A DNA stretch of 24,000 nt, from contig JBGVOE010000058.1 of the NCBI GenBank assembly GCA_045126355.1, positions 9,121 through 33,120 on the forward strand. Direction: 5' to 3'. A model generated the notes under the pieces. That model was not told where the DNA came from. It did no database searches and was given only the letters and a program-made list of their open reading frames with translations. Positions 17,266-24,000 of the stretch are shown here, piece after piece; the stretch's first letter is position 1, and each line of letters begins with the position of its first letter. Made by a program: the position numbers and the translations under genes. The stretch comes from Anaeroplasmataceae bacterium. GTDB taxonomy: Bacteria > Bacillota_I > Bacilli_A > Acholeplasmatales > Anaeroplasmataceae.

Positions 17266-19070
17266 TAACGTTTAACCTCTCTTTCAACACTTGCTTCAAT
17301 AATATCTCCTTCTTTAATGTCATTGAATGATGAAATTGTAATACCGCATTCATAACCAGCCTTAACTTCTTTAACATCATCTTTGAAACGGCGTAATGTA
17401 GCCATTTTTCCTTCAAATACAACAACACCACTACGAAGAATACGAACTAAACTGTTACGTTCAATAACACCTTCAGTTACATAACAACCAGCAATTGTTC
17501 CAACCTTACTAACTTTAAATGTTTGTCTTACTTCAGCAAATCCTGTAACTACTTCTTCGAATTCTGGATCTAACATACCTTTTAAAGCTGCATCGATATC
17601 TTCTAATAATTTATAAATAATATTATATAATCTAATTTCTACTCCACTAGTTTCAGCACTTTGACGTACTTGACCAGTAGGACGAACATTAAATCCTACA
17701 ACAATAGCTTTTGATGCTTGAGCTAGAATAATATCTGTTTCAGTAATTGCACCTACACCTGCACGAACAATATTAATAACGATATCTTCAACTTTAATTT
17801 TTGAAATACTATTTTTAACTGCTTCAAGTGATCCTTGAACGTCAGCTTTAACTACAAGATTTAATTCTTTATGTTCACCTAATTTACTAAACATTTCTTC
17901 TAATGTTGCAACTTTACCTGCATTATTTTGAACTTTAGTACGATCTTTTCTAGCTTCAGCAATTTGACGTGCTTGTCTTTCATCAGAAATAACCATGAAC
18001 TTATCACCAGCCATAGGAACTTCTTCTAAACCAGTAACAACTACTGCTTTACTTGGTAATGCTTCATTTAAACGGCGATGAGTTTCATCTTCCATTGTTC
18101 TAACCTTACCATAAGTATCACCAATAACAACGTTATCACCAACTTTTAATGTGCCATTTTGAACTAATAATGTAGCAACTGGTCCTCTACCTTTATCAAG
18201 TTGGGCTTCAATAACAGTACCTACTGCTAAACGGTTAGGGTTAGCTTTATATTCTTGCATTTCAGCAACTAATTGAACCATTTCTAATAATTCATCTACA
18301 CCTGTTCCACGTAAAGCAGAGATTTGACAATATGTAGTATCTCCACCCCAAACTTCAGGAAGTAAGTTATATTCACTTAACTCTTGCATTACACGATCAG
18401 GGTTTGCAGTTGGTTTATCCATTTTGTTGATTGCAACGATAATTGGACATCCAGCAGCTTGAGCATGATGAATTGCTTCTTCTGTTTGAGGCATTAGGCC
18501 ATCATCTGCTGCTACTACTAAAATAATAATATCAGTAACTTGTGCTCCACGTGCACGCATTTCTGTAAATGCAGCATGCCCTGGAGTATCAATAAATGTA
18601 ATTGCTTCTCCATTTACTTGTACTTGGTAAGCACCGATATGTTGTGTAATCCCACCAGCTTCACTAGCAACAACTTTACTTTGACGAATATAGTCAAGTA
18701 ATGTTGTTTTACCATGGTCAACGTGACCCATGATTGTAACTACTGCAGGACGTTTTCTTAAATCTTTTTCATCATCTTGAATTTCAATTTCATCAAAACG
18801 TGTAACGTCTGTAACCACTTCATTTTGTAAAACAGTATCATATTCTAAAGCAATTAATTCAACAGTATCACGGTCAATAGTTTGATTTTGAGTAGCCATA
18901 ATTCCAGCAAACATTAACTTCTTAATAATTTCACCTAATGGTTTACCTAATCCAGTAGCTACATCGCTAACTGTCATACCTTCACGATAGATTAATACAC
19001 CTTTTTTATTTTCGTTTACATTTTTTAGTGGGACATTTGACTTTCTAACTTCTTTTTTATCTCTTGCCAT
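17265..19070 (-). CDS. infB: Translation initiation factor IF-2 (short form, 601 aa)
   Basis: The G domain has [20 protein letters not shown] and NKMD. The C-terminal domains are conserved through [21 protein letters not shown]. Only about 105 residues precede the G domain. Confidence 0.97.
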   Translation of the reverse strand: MARDKKEVRKSNVPLKNVNENKKGVLIYREGMTVSDVATGLGKPLGEIIKKLMFAGIMATQNQTIDRDTVELIALEYDTVLQNEVVTDVTRFDEIEIQDDEKDLRKRPAVVTIMGHVDHGKTTLLDYIRQSKVVASEAGGITQHIGAYQVQVNGEAITFIDTPGHAAFTEMRARGAQVTDIIILVVAADDGLMPQTEEAIHHAQAAGCPIIVAINKMDKPTANPDRVMQELSEYNLLPEVWGGDTTYCQISALRGTGVDELLEMVQLVAEMQEYKANPNRLAVGTVIEAQLDKGRGPVATLLVQNGTLKVGDNVVIGDTYGKVRTMEDETHRRLNEALPSKAVVVTGLEEVPMAGDKFMVISDERQARQIAEARKDRTKVQNNAGKVATLEEMFSKLGEHKELNLVVKADVQGSLEAVKNSISKIKVEDIVINIVRAGVGAITETDIILAQASKAIVVGFNVRPTGQVRQSAETSGVEIRLYNIIYKLLEDIDAALKGMLDPEFEEVVTGFAEVRQTFKVSKVGTIAGCYVTEGVIERNSLVRILRSGVVVFEGKMATLRRFKDDVKEVKAGYECGITISSFNDIKEGDIIEASVEREVKR

Positions 19071-19074
19071 ATAA

Positions 19075-19368
19075 TCACCTAATTTCTTTCATTTTTTTGG
19101 CAAAACCGATATCTAATACTCCAATAACCATACGGTTATTTTTCCCGATTGCACCACTTAATTCACTTGATGTAAATCTGTTATCAAGTGTAACATTATA
19201 ATATTTTGCTTTATCAGTAATTTTCTTTGTTGTGTTAATTCCAGCATCGCTAGCTAAAAATAAATATTTTATTTCACCTTTACGAATACCTTCTACACAA
19301 AAGTCCTCTCCTGATACAACTTTTTTAGCTCTAAAAGCTAAACCTAATAAGTTTAAAATAGCATGCAC
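19075..19368 (-). CDS. ylxQ: L7Ae-family RNA-binding protein YlxQ
   Basis: 97 aa. [51 protein letters not shown] parallels B. subtilis YlxQ. The GTG start abuts the ylxR stop. It holds the conserved position between ylxR and infB. Confidence 0.85.
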   Translation of the reverse strand: MHAILNLLGLAFRAKKVVSGEDFCVEGIRKGEIKYLFLASDAGINTTKKITDKAKYYNVTLDNRFTSSELSGAIGKNNRMVIGVLDIGFAKKMKEIR

Positions 19369-19626
19369 CTAAATCAACTCCAATAACATTGTATAGATTT
19401 CTTCAGGAACACTTACTTCTAACATTTTATCTAATACTTTACTTTTTTGAGCTTTTAAGATAACTTCTTTATCTTTTTTTAAATAAGCTCCTCTACCATT
19501 AGCTTTTCCTTTAGTGTCAACAGTAACTTCGCCTTCTGGTGTTCTAATAACACGAATCAATTCATTTTTAGGAAATTGTTCACGTGTTACAACACAAGTA
19601 CGCATCGGAACTTTTTTGACTACCAT
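19369..19626 (-). CDS. ylxR: YlxR/RnpM (DUF448) RNA-binding protein
   Basis: 85 aa. PMRTCVVTREQFPKNELIRVIRTPEG...VDTKGKANGRGAYL is the DUF448 signature. The ATG overlaps the nusA stop by 7 nt. Confidence 0.88.
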   Translation of the reverse strand: MVVKKVPMRTCVVTREQFPKNELIRVIRTPEGEVTVDTKGKANGRGAYLKKDKEVILKAQKSKVLDKMLEVSVPEEIYTMLLELI

Positions 19627-20693
19627 TCGTAACCTTGATTCTTAGCTACACTAACTGGTTTAATATCAATTTTCCAGTCACATGATTGAACGGCAAGACG
19701 AACGTTTTGTCCATTTTTACCGATAGCTAATGATAATTGATTATCAGGAACAATAGCTAATGATGTTTTTGTTTTAGTATCAATATTGATAACAGCTACT
19801 ACATTTGTTGGTTGAAGAGCGTTAGCTACTAATTCAGCAATATCATCGCTCCAACGATATAAATCGATTTTTTCTCCATTTAATGAACGAACAACTTCAC
19901 GAATACGAGAACTATTTTCACCAACACAAGCTCCAATTGGATCTACATCAGGGTCATGTGAATAAACACTTACTTTACATCTATCACCAGCGTCTCTAGC
20001 GATACCCTTAATTTCAACAATACCATCTTTAATTTCTGGAATGTATTGTTCAAGTAAGCGAATTACTAAATGTTTATCATTTCTACTTACAAATACTTTT
20101 GGTCCTTTAGTACCTTGTTCAACACTAGTTACATAAACGTTAATACTATCACCAACACCGAATTCATCATTTGGTAATAATTCTTTCTTTGGTAATAATG
20201 TTGTAATATTTTGACCAATAGATAAAGTTAAGAATGATTCATTAGAATCAATAATTTGAGCTCTAATTAATTCATTTTCCATACTCTTGAAATATTGGAA
20301 TGAATTTTCTTTTTCATAAGTTTTAATATTTTGATTAAAGATTTGTTTAGCTTGAGCTGCAGCCATACGTCCGAAATCTTTAATATTAACAGCCTCTTCT
20401 AAAATATCACCAATTTTTGCTCTTGAATTAATTTTTTTAGCTTCAGTATATAAAATTGGAACAATTTCACATTCTGGATCTAAATTTTCTAATGATTCAA
20501 CTACAATTTTTTGGCTGAACATTAAAATTTCATTTTTTTCTGGTTTGAATTCAACTCTTACACTTGTGTTACCATAGTTACGTTTGTAAGCATTGATTAA
20601 ACCTTTTTTAAAAGAATCTAAAAGTTGTTCTAAGGTTAATCCTCTTTCTTCAGCAACAATTTCTAATTGTTTGTAAAACTCTTTGCTTGTCAT
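19620..20693 (-). CDS. nusA: Transcription termination/antitermination factor NusA
   Basis: 357 aa with an N-terminal domain, an S1 domain and two KH domains (GIARDAGDRCKVSVYSHDPDVDPIGACVG...LAIGKNGQNVRLA). SD GGAGGT lies upstream. Confidence 0.96.
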   Translation of the reverse strand: MTSKEFYKQLEIVAEERGLTLEQLLDSFKKGLINAYKRNYGNTSVRVEFKPEKNEILMFSQKIVVESLENLDPECEIVPILYTEAKKINSRAKIGDILEEAVNIKDFGRMAAAQAKQIFNQNIKTYEKENSFQYFKSMENELIRAQIIDSNESFLTLSIGQNITTLLPKKELLPNDEFGVGDSINVYVTSVEQGTKGPKVFVSRNDKHLVIRLLEQYIPEIKDGIVEIKGIARDAGDRCKVSVYSHDPDVDPIGACVGENSSRIREVVRSLNGEKIDLYRWSDDIAELVANALQPTNVVAVINIDTKTKTSLAIVPDNQLSLAIGKNGQNVRLAVQSCDWKIDIKPVSVAKNQGYEW

Positions 20694-20705
20694 ATCATTT
20701 ACCTC

Positions 20706-21152
20706 CTAAAATTTGACAGCTAATCTAATTTTTTTAATACTATCATAAGGAATTTCAAAGTTTTTAAATCTTCCTTTTAAATTTACTCTAATAACTACAA
20801 CGTTATCATCAAAAGAAATCATAGTACCTTCATATACTTTATCACCAGTATTTATATGGATATATTTTCCTACTGCTTCGGCTACTTCTTCTTGATTTCT
20901 TAATTCCATTTCAGCTCCAGGAGATGAAACTTCTAACATATATTCATCATAAGATACTTCAAGTCTATCTAATTCATCTGATAAATAATTGTTAATAAGG
21001 GCTAATTCATCAATATTTATTCCGTCTTTTTTGCTAACTAATACTCTTAAAATATGCATACCAGCTTCTTTTACAAAACTAACATCATATAATTTAAAAC
21101 CATTTTCCGTCAAATATGGAACTAATATTTCTTCAATCATTTTTGTATTCAC
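20706..21152 (-). CDS. rimP: Ribosome maturation factor RimP
   Basis: Start moved to GTG 21152 (read as MNTKMIEEILVPYL...), 6 nt downstream of SD GGAGGTG. The track start at 21161 is the GTG inside that SD, and the first ATG (21140) is 18 nt from the SD. GFKLYDVSFVKEAGMHILRVLV...EVSSPG is the RimP pattern. Confidence 0.9.
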   Translation of the reverse strand: MNTKMIEEILVPYLTENGFKLYDVSFVKEAGMHILRVLVSKKDGINIDELALINNYLSDELDRLEVSYDEYMLEVSSPGAEMELRNQEEVAEAVGKYIHINTGDKVYEGTMISFDDNVVVIRVNLKGRFKNFEIPYDSIKKIRLAVKF

Positions 21153-21176
21153 TTTATACACCTCCAGTTAATTAAA

Positions 21177-21203
21177 AGAGCGAACTTTTTGCAAGTTCAC
21201 TCT
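21177..21203 (-). promoter_or_regulatory. Terminator-like leader hairpin immediately upstream of the rimP-nusA SD (candidate attenuator)
   Basis: The minus-strand RNA reads AGAGUGAACUU-GCAAA-AAGUUCGCUCU, an 11-bp stem in which the only non-Watson-Crick pair is U-G. On the plus strand the same position would be a C-A mismatch. The hairpin is followed by UUUAAUUAACU and then GGAGGUG. Confidence 0.5.
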
Positions 21204-21219
21204 AATTAGAATTATTAGA

Positions 21220-21260
21220 TTACTTGTATTTTAACATTAATTAAAAAAAATTACAAGTAA
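21220..21260. repeat. 9-bp inverted repeat TTACTTGTA-N23-TACAAGTAA spanning the putative rimP promoter
   Basis: Perfect arms at 21220-21228 and 21252-21260. No U-tract follows on either strand, so it does not look like a terminator. Confidence 0.6.
21228..21256 (-). promoter_or_regulatory. Putative sigma-A promoter of the rimP-nusA-infB operon (TTGTAA-17-TAAAAT)
   Basis: The minus strand reads TTGTAA (21256-21251), a 17-nt spacer, then TAAAAT (21233-21228). This would place the 21177-21203 hairpin inside the 5' leader. The AT-rich context makes chance matches likely. Confidence 0.35.
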
Positions 21261-21301
21261 AATATTATATTTTAACATTTCTTATTAATTTAAAATTAAA
21301 T

Positions 21302-21964
21302 CTATGCTAAATCTGTTCCTACACCACTAACTTCTAAATAAAATAAATAAGTAGCTTGATTAATTCTTGGAAGAACCCAAATCAGTAAAATTCCAAATGT
21401 AAAAACACTTAAAATAATCCAACCAAAATAACTAAAGATCAGTTTAAAATATTCCCATTTATGTCCATCCATTAATTCTCTACTTTTAGTTATACATTCA
21501 TTTGCACTCATATAAGGATTATCATTAGCGACATATAGCGCAAGTGAATATGAAAGCATCTTAATTATACCAGGGACAATCAATAAAATTGCCCATAATG
21601 CAGTATAAAGTGAAACTAAAAAGTAAACTAAGAAAGATTTAACAAAATCTTTAAACCCATGAAGTAAATCTTTATTTTTAATCTCTAAATTATAATAAGC
21701 TTTTTTTGATATCTCAATAAGACCCATCATTATTGCTCCACCAAATATAAAATCAAATAATCCATTAAACCAAGTTGAGGTAATTTCTGTTCCATCAGGT
21801 AAGACCTCAGTTGTTCCTGTAAGTGAATTTATAACACCAATCACAATCATAATCAAGACATATATTAGGTAAACCTTATTTAACTCCAAACGATGACGAT
21901 CACAAATTCGATCAGCTCTCAATCTATATTCCTGACATGTAAGTCTACTACCATAATAATTCAT
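21302..21964 (-). CDS. DUF975-family integral membrane protein
   Basis: 220 aa with about 5 TM segments. The layout and the block SRELMDGHKWEYFKLIFSYFGWIILS resemble the DUF975 signature. SD AAAGGGAAG lies upstream. Confidence 0.7.
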   Translation of the reverse strand: MNYYGSRLTCQEYRLRADRICDRHRLELNKVYLIYVLIMIVIGVINSLTGTTEVLPDGTEITSTWFNGLFDFIFGGAIMMGLIEISKKAYYNLEIKNKDLLHGFKDFVKSFLVYFLVSLYTALWAILLIVPGIIKMLSYSLALYVANDNPYMSANECITKSRELMDGHKWEYFKLIFSYFGWIILSVFTFGILLIWVLPRINQATYLFYLEVSGVGTDLA

Positions 21965-22075
21965 ACTAACACTTCCCTTTAATTTATTTTACAACAATTT
22001 TATATTTTTTCAAATATAAATGTAAACTTGAAAAAATAATAAAAAGTATTAAAATATTAGATGAAGGTGATTTAA

Positions 22076-22555
22076 TTGAAAAAAGCAGTTTATCCAGGGT
22101 CATTTGATCCTATTTCTAATGGACATTTAGATATAATAACTAGAGCAAGTAAAATATTTGATGAATTACACATTGTTGTTTCATATAATATTAAAAAAGC
22201 TTCAACTTTTTCAGTAGTTGAACGTATTGATATGATAAAAATGGTCACAAAAGATTTACCAAACGTATTTGTTACTAGTTATAACGGTTTAATCGTTAAC
22301 TATTGCAAGGAAAATAATATCAATATTTTAATTAGGGGACTAAGAAATTATCAAGATTATGAAAATGAATTTTCTCTTTTCCAATTTAACCGTGATATAA
22401 ACCCTGATATTGAAACAATATTAATGTTACCTTCTAGTAAGAATCAATTTGTATCAAGTTCAGCAATCAAAGAATTAGTTACATTTAACTGTGATATATC
22501 TAGTTATGTTCCACAAGAAGTTGAAAAAATAATTGTTAAAAAATATAAAAATTAA
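22076..22555 (+). CDS. coaD: Phosphopantetheine adenylyltransferase
   Basis: 159 aa. The TTG start has SD GAAGGTGAT 4 nt upstream. AVYPGSFDPISNGHLDII is the nucleotidyltransferase T/HxGH motif, and VSSSAIKE is the ISSTxxR-like motif. Confidence 0.95.
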   Translation: MKKAVYPGSFDPISNGHLDIITRASKIFDELHIVVSYNIKKASTFSVVERIDMIKMVTKDLPNVFVTSYNGLIVNYCKENNINILIRGLRNYQDYENEFSLFQFNRDINPDIETILMLPSSKNQFVSSSAIKELVTFNCDISSYVPQEVEKIIVKKYKN

Positions 22556-22561
22556 TTTTTA

Positions 22562-22590
22562 AAAAGCAGGATACGAAACATCCTGCTTTT
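22562..22590. terminator. Bidirectional intrinsic terminator between convergent coaD and the GH3 gene
   Basis: Stem GCAGGAT / ATCCTGC with loop ACGAAAC, flanked by AAAA(A) and TTTT so that both strands give hairpin plus U-tract. It lies 7 nt after the coaD stop and 15 nt after the GH3 stop. Confidence 0.8.
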
Positions 22591-22605
22591 ATTATGAAAT
22601 ATTTT

Positions 22606-24000
22606 CTACCAAGGACGGTATTTTTTTACTAATCCATCAAAATTTATTCTATCTGTTAAGTGATGAGGATTATCATTTAAATATTTTATCATTTCTTCCA
22701 TTTGTTCAAATGTAATATCAAAATCACCGTCACAAATAGTTACACGCATAGCTTTTGAATCAATATAGAAATATCGATGTTCAAAATCACTAACATCAAT
22801 ATTTAATTTATTTAGAGTAACATATTTTTTAAATAATTCATTTTCTAAAAGAAGTCCAGCAGGTGAATCAAATGAATAGTCACTAGGGATTTCTTTTTTT
22901 ATTAATTTAGCTACTTCCTTGCATACATCAAATGTAACACCTTCTAAATTAATACTATGTTTATCTAAAATATCTTTTGTATTTAAAGCAACATAAACTT
23001 CATATTGACCTTCTTCTATTTCAAAAGAATCTGTTTCGTTTCGATATGAAGCTAAATCCTTAATGTTAACTTCTACAACGCATTTTACTGTCTTTCTTGC
23101 TTTTACAAACACTTTTGAAAATCCTTTTAATTCTTTAATAGGACGATAAATGTTTGAATTTTCTTTCCCAACATATACTTCAATTACATCATAACCATCA
23201 ATATCACTAGTGTTTTTCACATCTAATGTAACCACTAATTTATCATTTAAAAGTTCATAATTATAATTACTGTATTCAAATTTTGAATAACTTAATCCAT
23301 AACCGAATGGTAAAATAAATCCCTCATTATGTAAATCATAATATCTATATCCAACATAAATATCATCATAGTGATATGTATAATATAAATCTCTTCTTAA
23401 ATATTCTTTATTAATTGGATTTTGATAATATGTTTCAATCCATGTTTCTGGTAATCTTCCACTTGGATTATGTGATCCATACAAGTTATTAAAGATAGAT
23501 TCAGATTGTCCTTCACCTGCTAAATACGTAATTAATGCAGCCTTTGAAGTATTATAAATTTCTTTAACATTTACTACACTACCAGTGATTACAACTGTAC
23601 CAAAGTTATCAAATACTTTAGATACAAGTTCTAATGTTTCATTTTGTTCTTTAGCTAAGTCTAAAGTAATTCTATCAGAACCTTCTGTTTCATCTTTTTG
23701 ATATTGTCCTAAGAACAATATTACTTTATCAAACTTACCTTTATATTCTTTTAAAGTTTCTTCAGTAATTAATAATTTATCTTCATCATAACATTGTAGG
23801 AATTCATAATTGATGTTGTTGTTTTTTAAAACTTCAATCATACTAACTGGTTTATAAGCATTAACCCAGCCACTTCCTCCACCTACAAAGCGATTATGAT
23901 TTGCAAAGTATCCTAATACTAATACTTTTTCTTCCTTTTTTAATGGAAAATAATTATTTTCATTTTTTACTAAAATTGCTGTTTTATTTGCAATTTCTAC
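22606..24000 (-). CDS. Glycoside hydrolase family 3 (beta-glucosidase/BglX-like), N-terminus beyond window
   Basis: The frame stays open upstream of the track's ATG (23841). My translation of 23842-24000 gives VEIANKTAILVKNENNYFPLKKEEKVLVLGYFANHNRFVGGGSGWVNAYKPVS, the GH3 alpha/beta-sandwich region. Downstream is the Fn3-like block (IKELKGFSKVFVKARKT) and an extra C-terminal region of roughly 100 aa. Confidence 0.88.
   Translation of the reverse strand, partial: VEIANKTAILVKNENNYFPLKKEEKVLVLGYFANHNRFVGGGSGWVNAYKPVSMIEVLKNNNINYEFLQCYDEDKLLITEETLKEYKGKFDKVILFLGQYQKDETEGSDRITLDLAKEQNETLELVSKVFDNFGTVVITGSVVNVKEIYNTSKAALITYLAGEGQSESIFNNLYGSHNPSGRLPETWIETYYQNPINKEYLRRDLYYTYHYDDIYVGYRYYDLHNEGFILPFGYGLSYSKFEYSNYNYELLNDKLVVTLDVKNTSDIDGYDVIEVYVGKENSNIYRPIKELKGFSKVFVKARKTVKCVVEVNIKDLASYRNETDSFEIEEGQYEVYVALNTKDILDKHSINLEGVTFDVCKEVAKLIKKEIPSDYSFDSPAGLLLENELFKKYVTLNKLNIDVSDFEHRYFYIDSKAMRVTICDGDFDITFEQMEEMIKYLNDNPHHLTDRINFDGLVKKYRPW

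Noticed and set aside
17237-17431. 64-aa minus-strand ORF spanning the infB/rbfA junction in another frame
   Set aside because: Both overlapped genes are highly conserved in their own frames, and the infB stop/rbfA start overlap (TAATG) already explains the junction.
20989-21171. 60-aa plus-strand ORF
   Set aside because: It is antisense to the N-terminal half of rimP and runs into the rimP SD. No support.
23839-23841. ATG proposed by the track as the GH3 start
   Set aside because: The frame remains open to the window edge, and the upstream translation (…VLVLGYFANHNRFVGGGSGWVNAYKPVS) is clearly GH3 sequence. This Met is internal.

Overview
AT-rich window (roughly 70% A+T by eye, not computed) from a low-GC Bacillota-type genome that uses the standard genetic code. 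It is almost saturated with genes: 24 of 26 CDS lie on the minus strand, junctions are very tight, and no intergenic gap exceeds about 310 bp. Most of the content is core housekeeping. (1) glyQS-dnaG-sigA-trmK, followed by a tRNA-Arg(UCU). (2) rimP-nusA-ylxR-ylxQ-infB-rbfA. (3) A seven-gene unit with no visible internal terminator: ABC ATPase, permease, two different FAD proteins, a PHP phosphoesterase, engB and a small membrane protein. (4) coaD and a DUF975 membrane protein. Sugar-utilisation genes sit at both edges: truncated galT, a cytoplasmic GH43, an MFS transporter and a truncated GH3. I see no CRISPR array, transposase, integrase, phage gene or recognisable defence system, and no noncoding stretch large enough to hide one. 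The least ordinary content is at 9.1-11.2 kb. It holds a translationally coupled pair that I read as a miniature SpoVID-like protein plus a YsxE/CotS-like kinase-fold protein whose catalytic Asp is replaced by Asn. This pair sits where B. subtilis has spoVID-ysxE relative to engB. Next to it are an internally duplicated GLWHPGW membrane protein and a convergent 63-codon hydrophobic ORF. A terminator-like hairpin in the rimP-nusA leader is a good candidate attenuator. Three ORF-track starts are corrected because they are GTG or ATG codons upstream of the real Shine-Dalgarno (SD)-served start. All functional calls come from motif recognition by eye; no database search was run.
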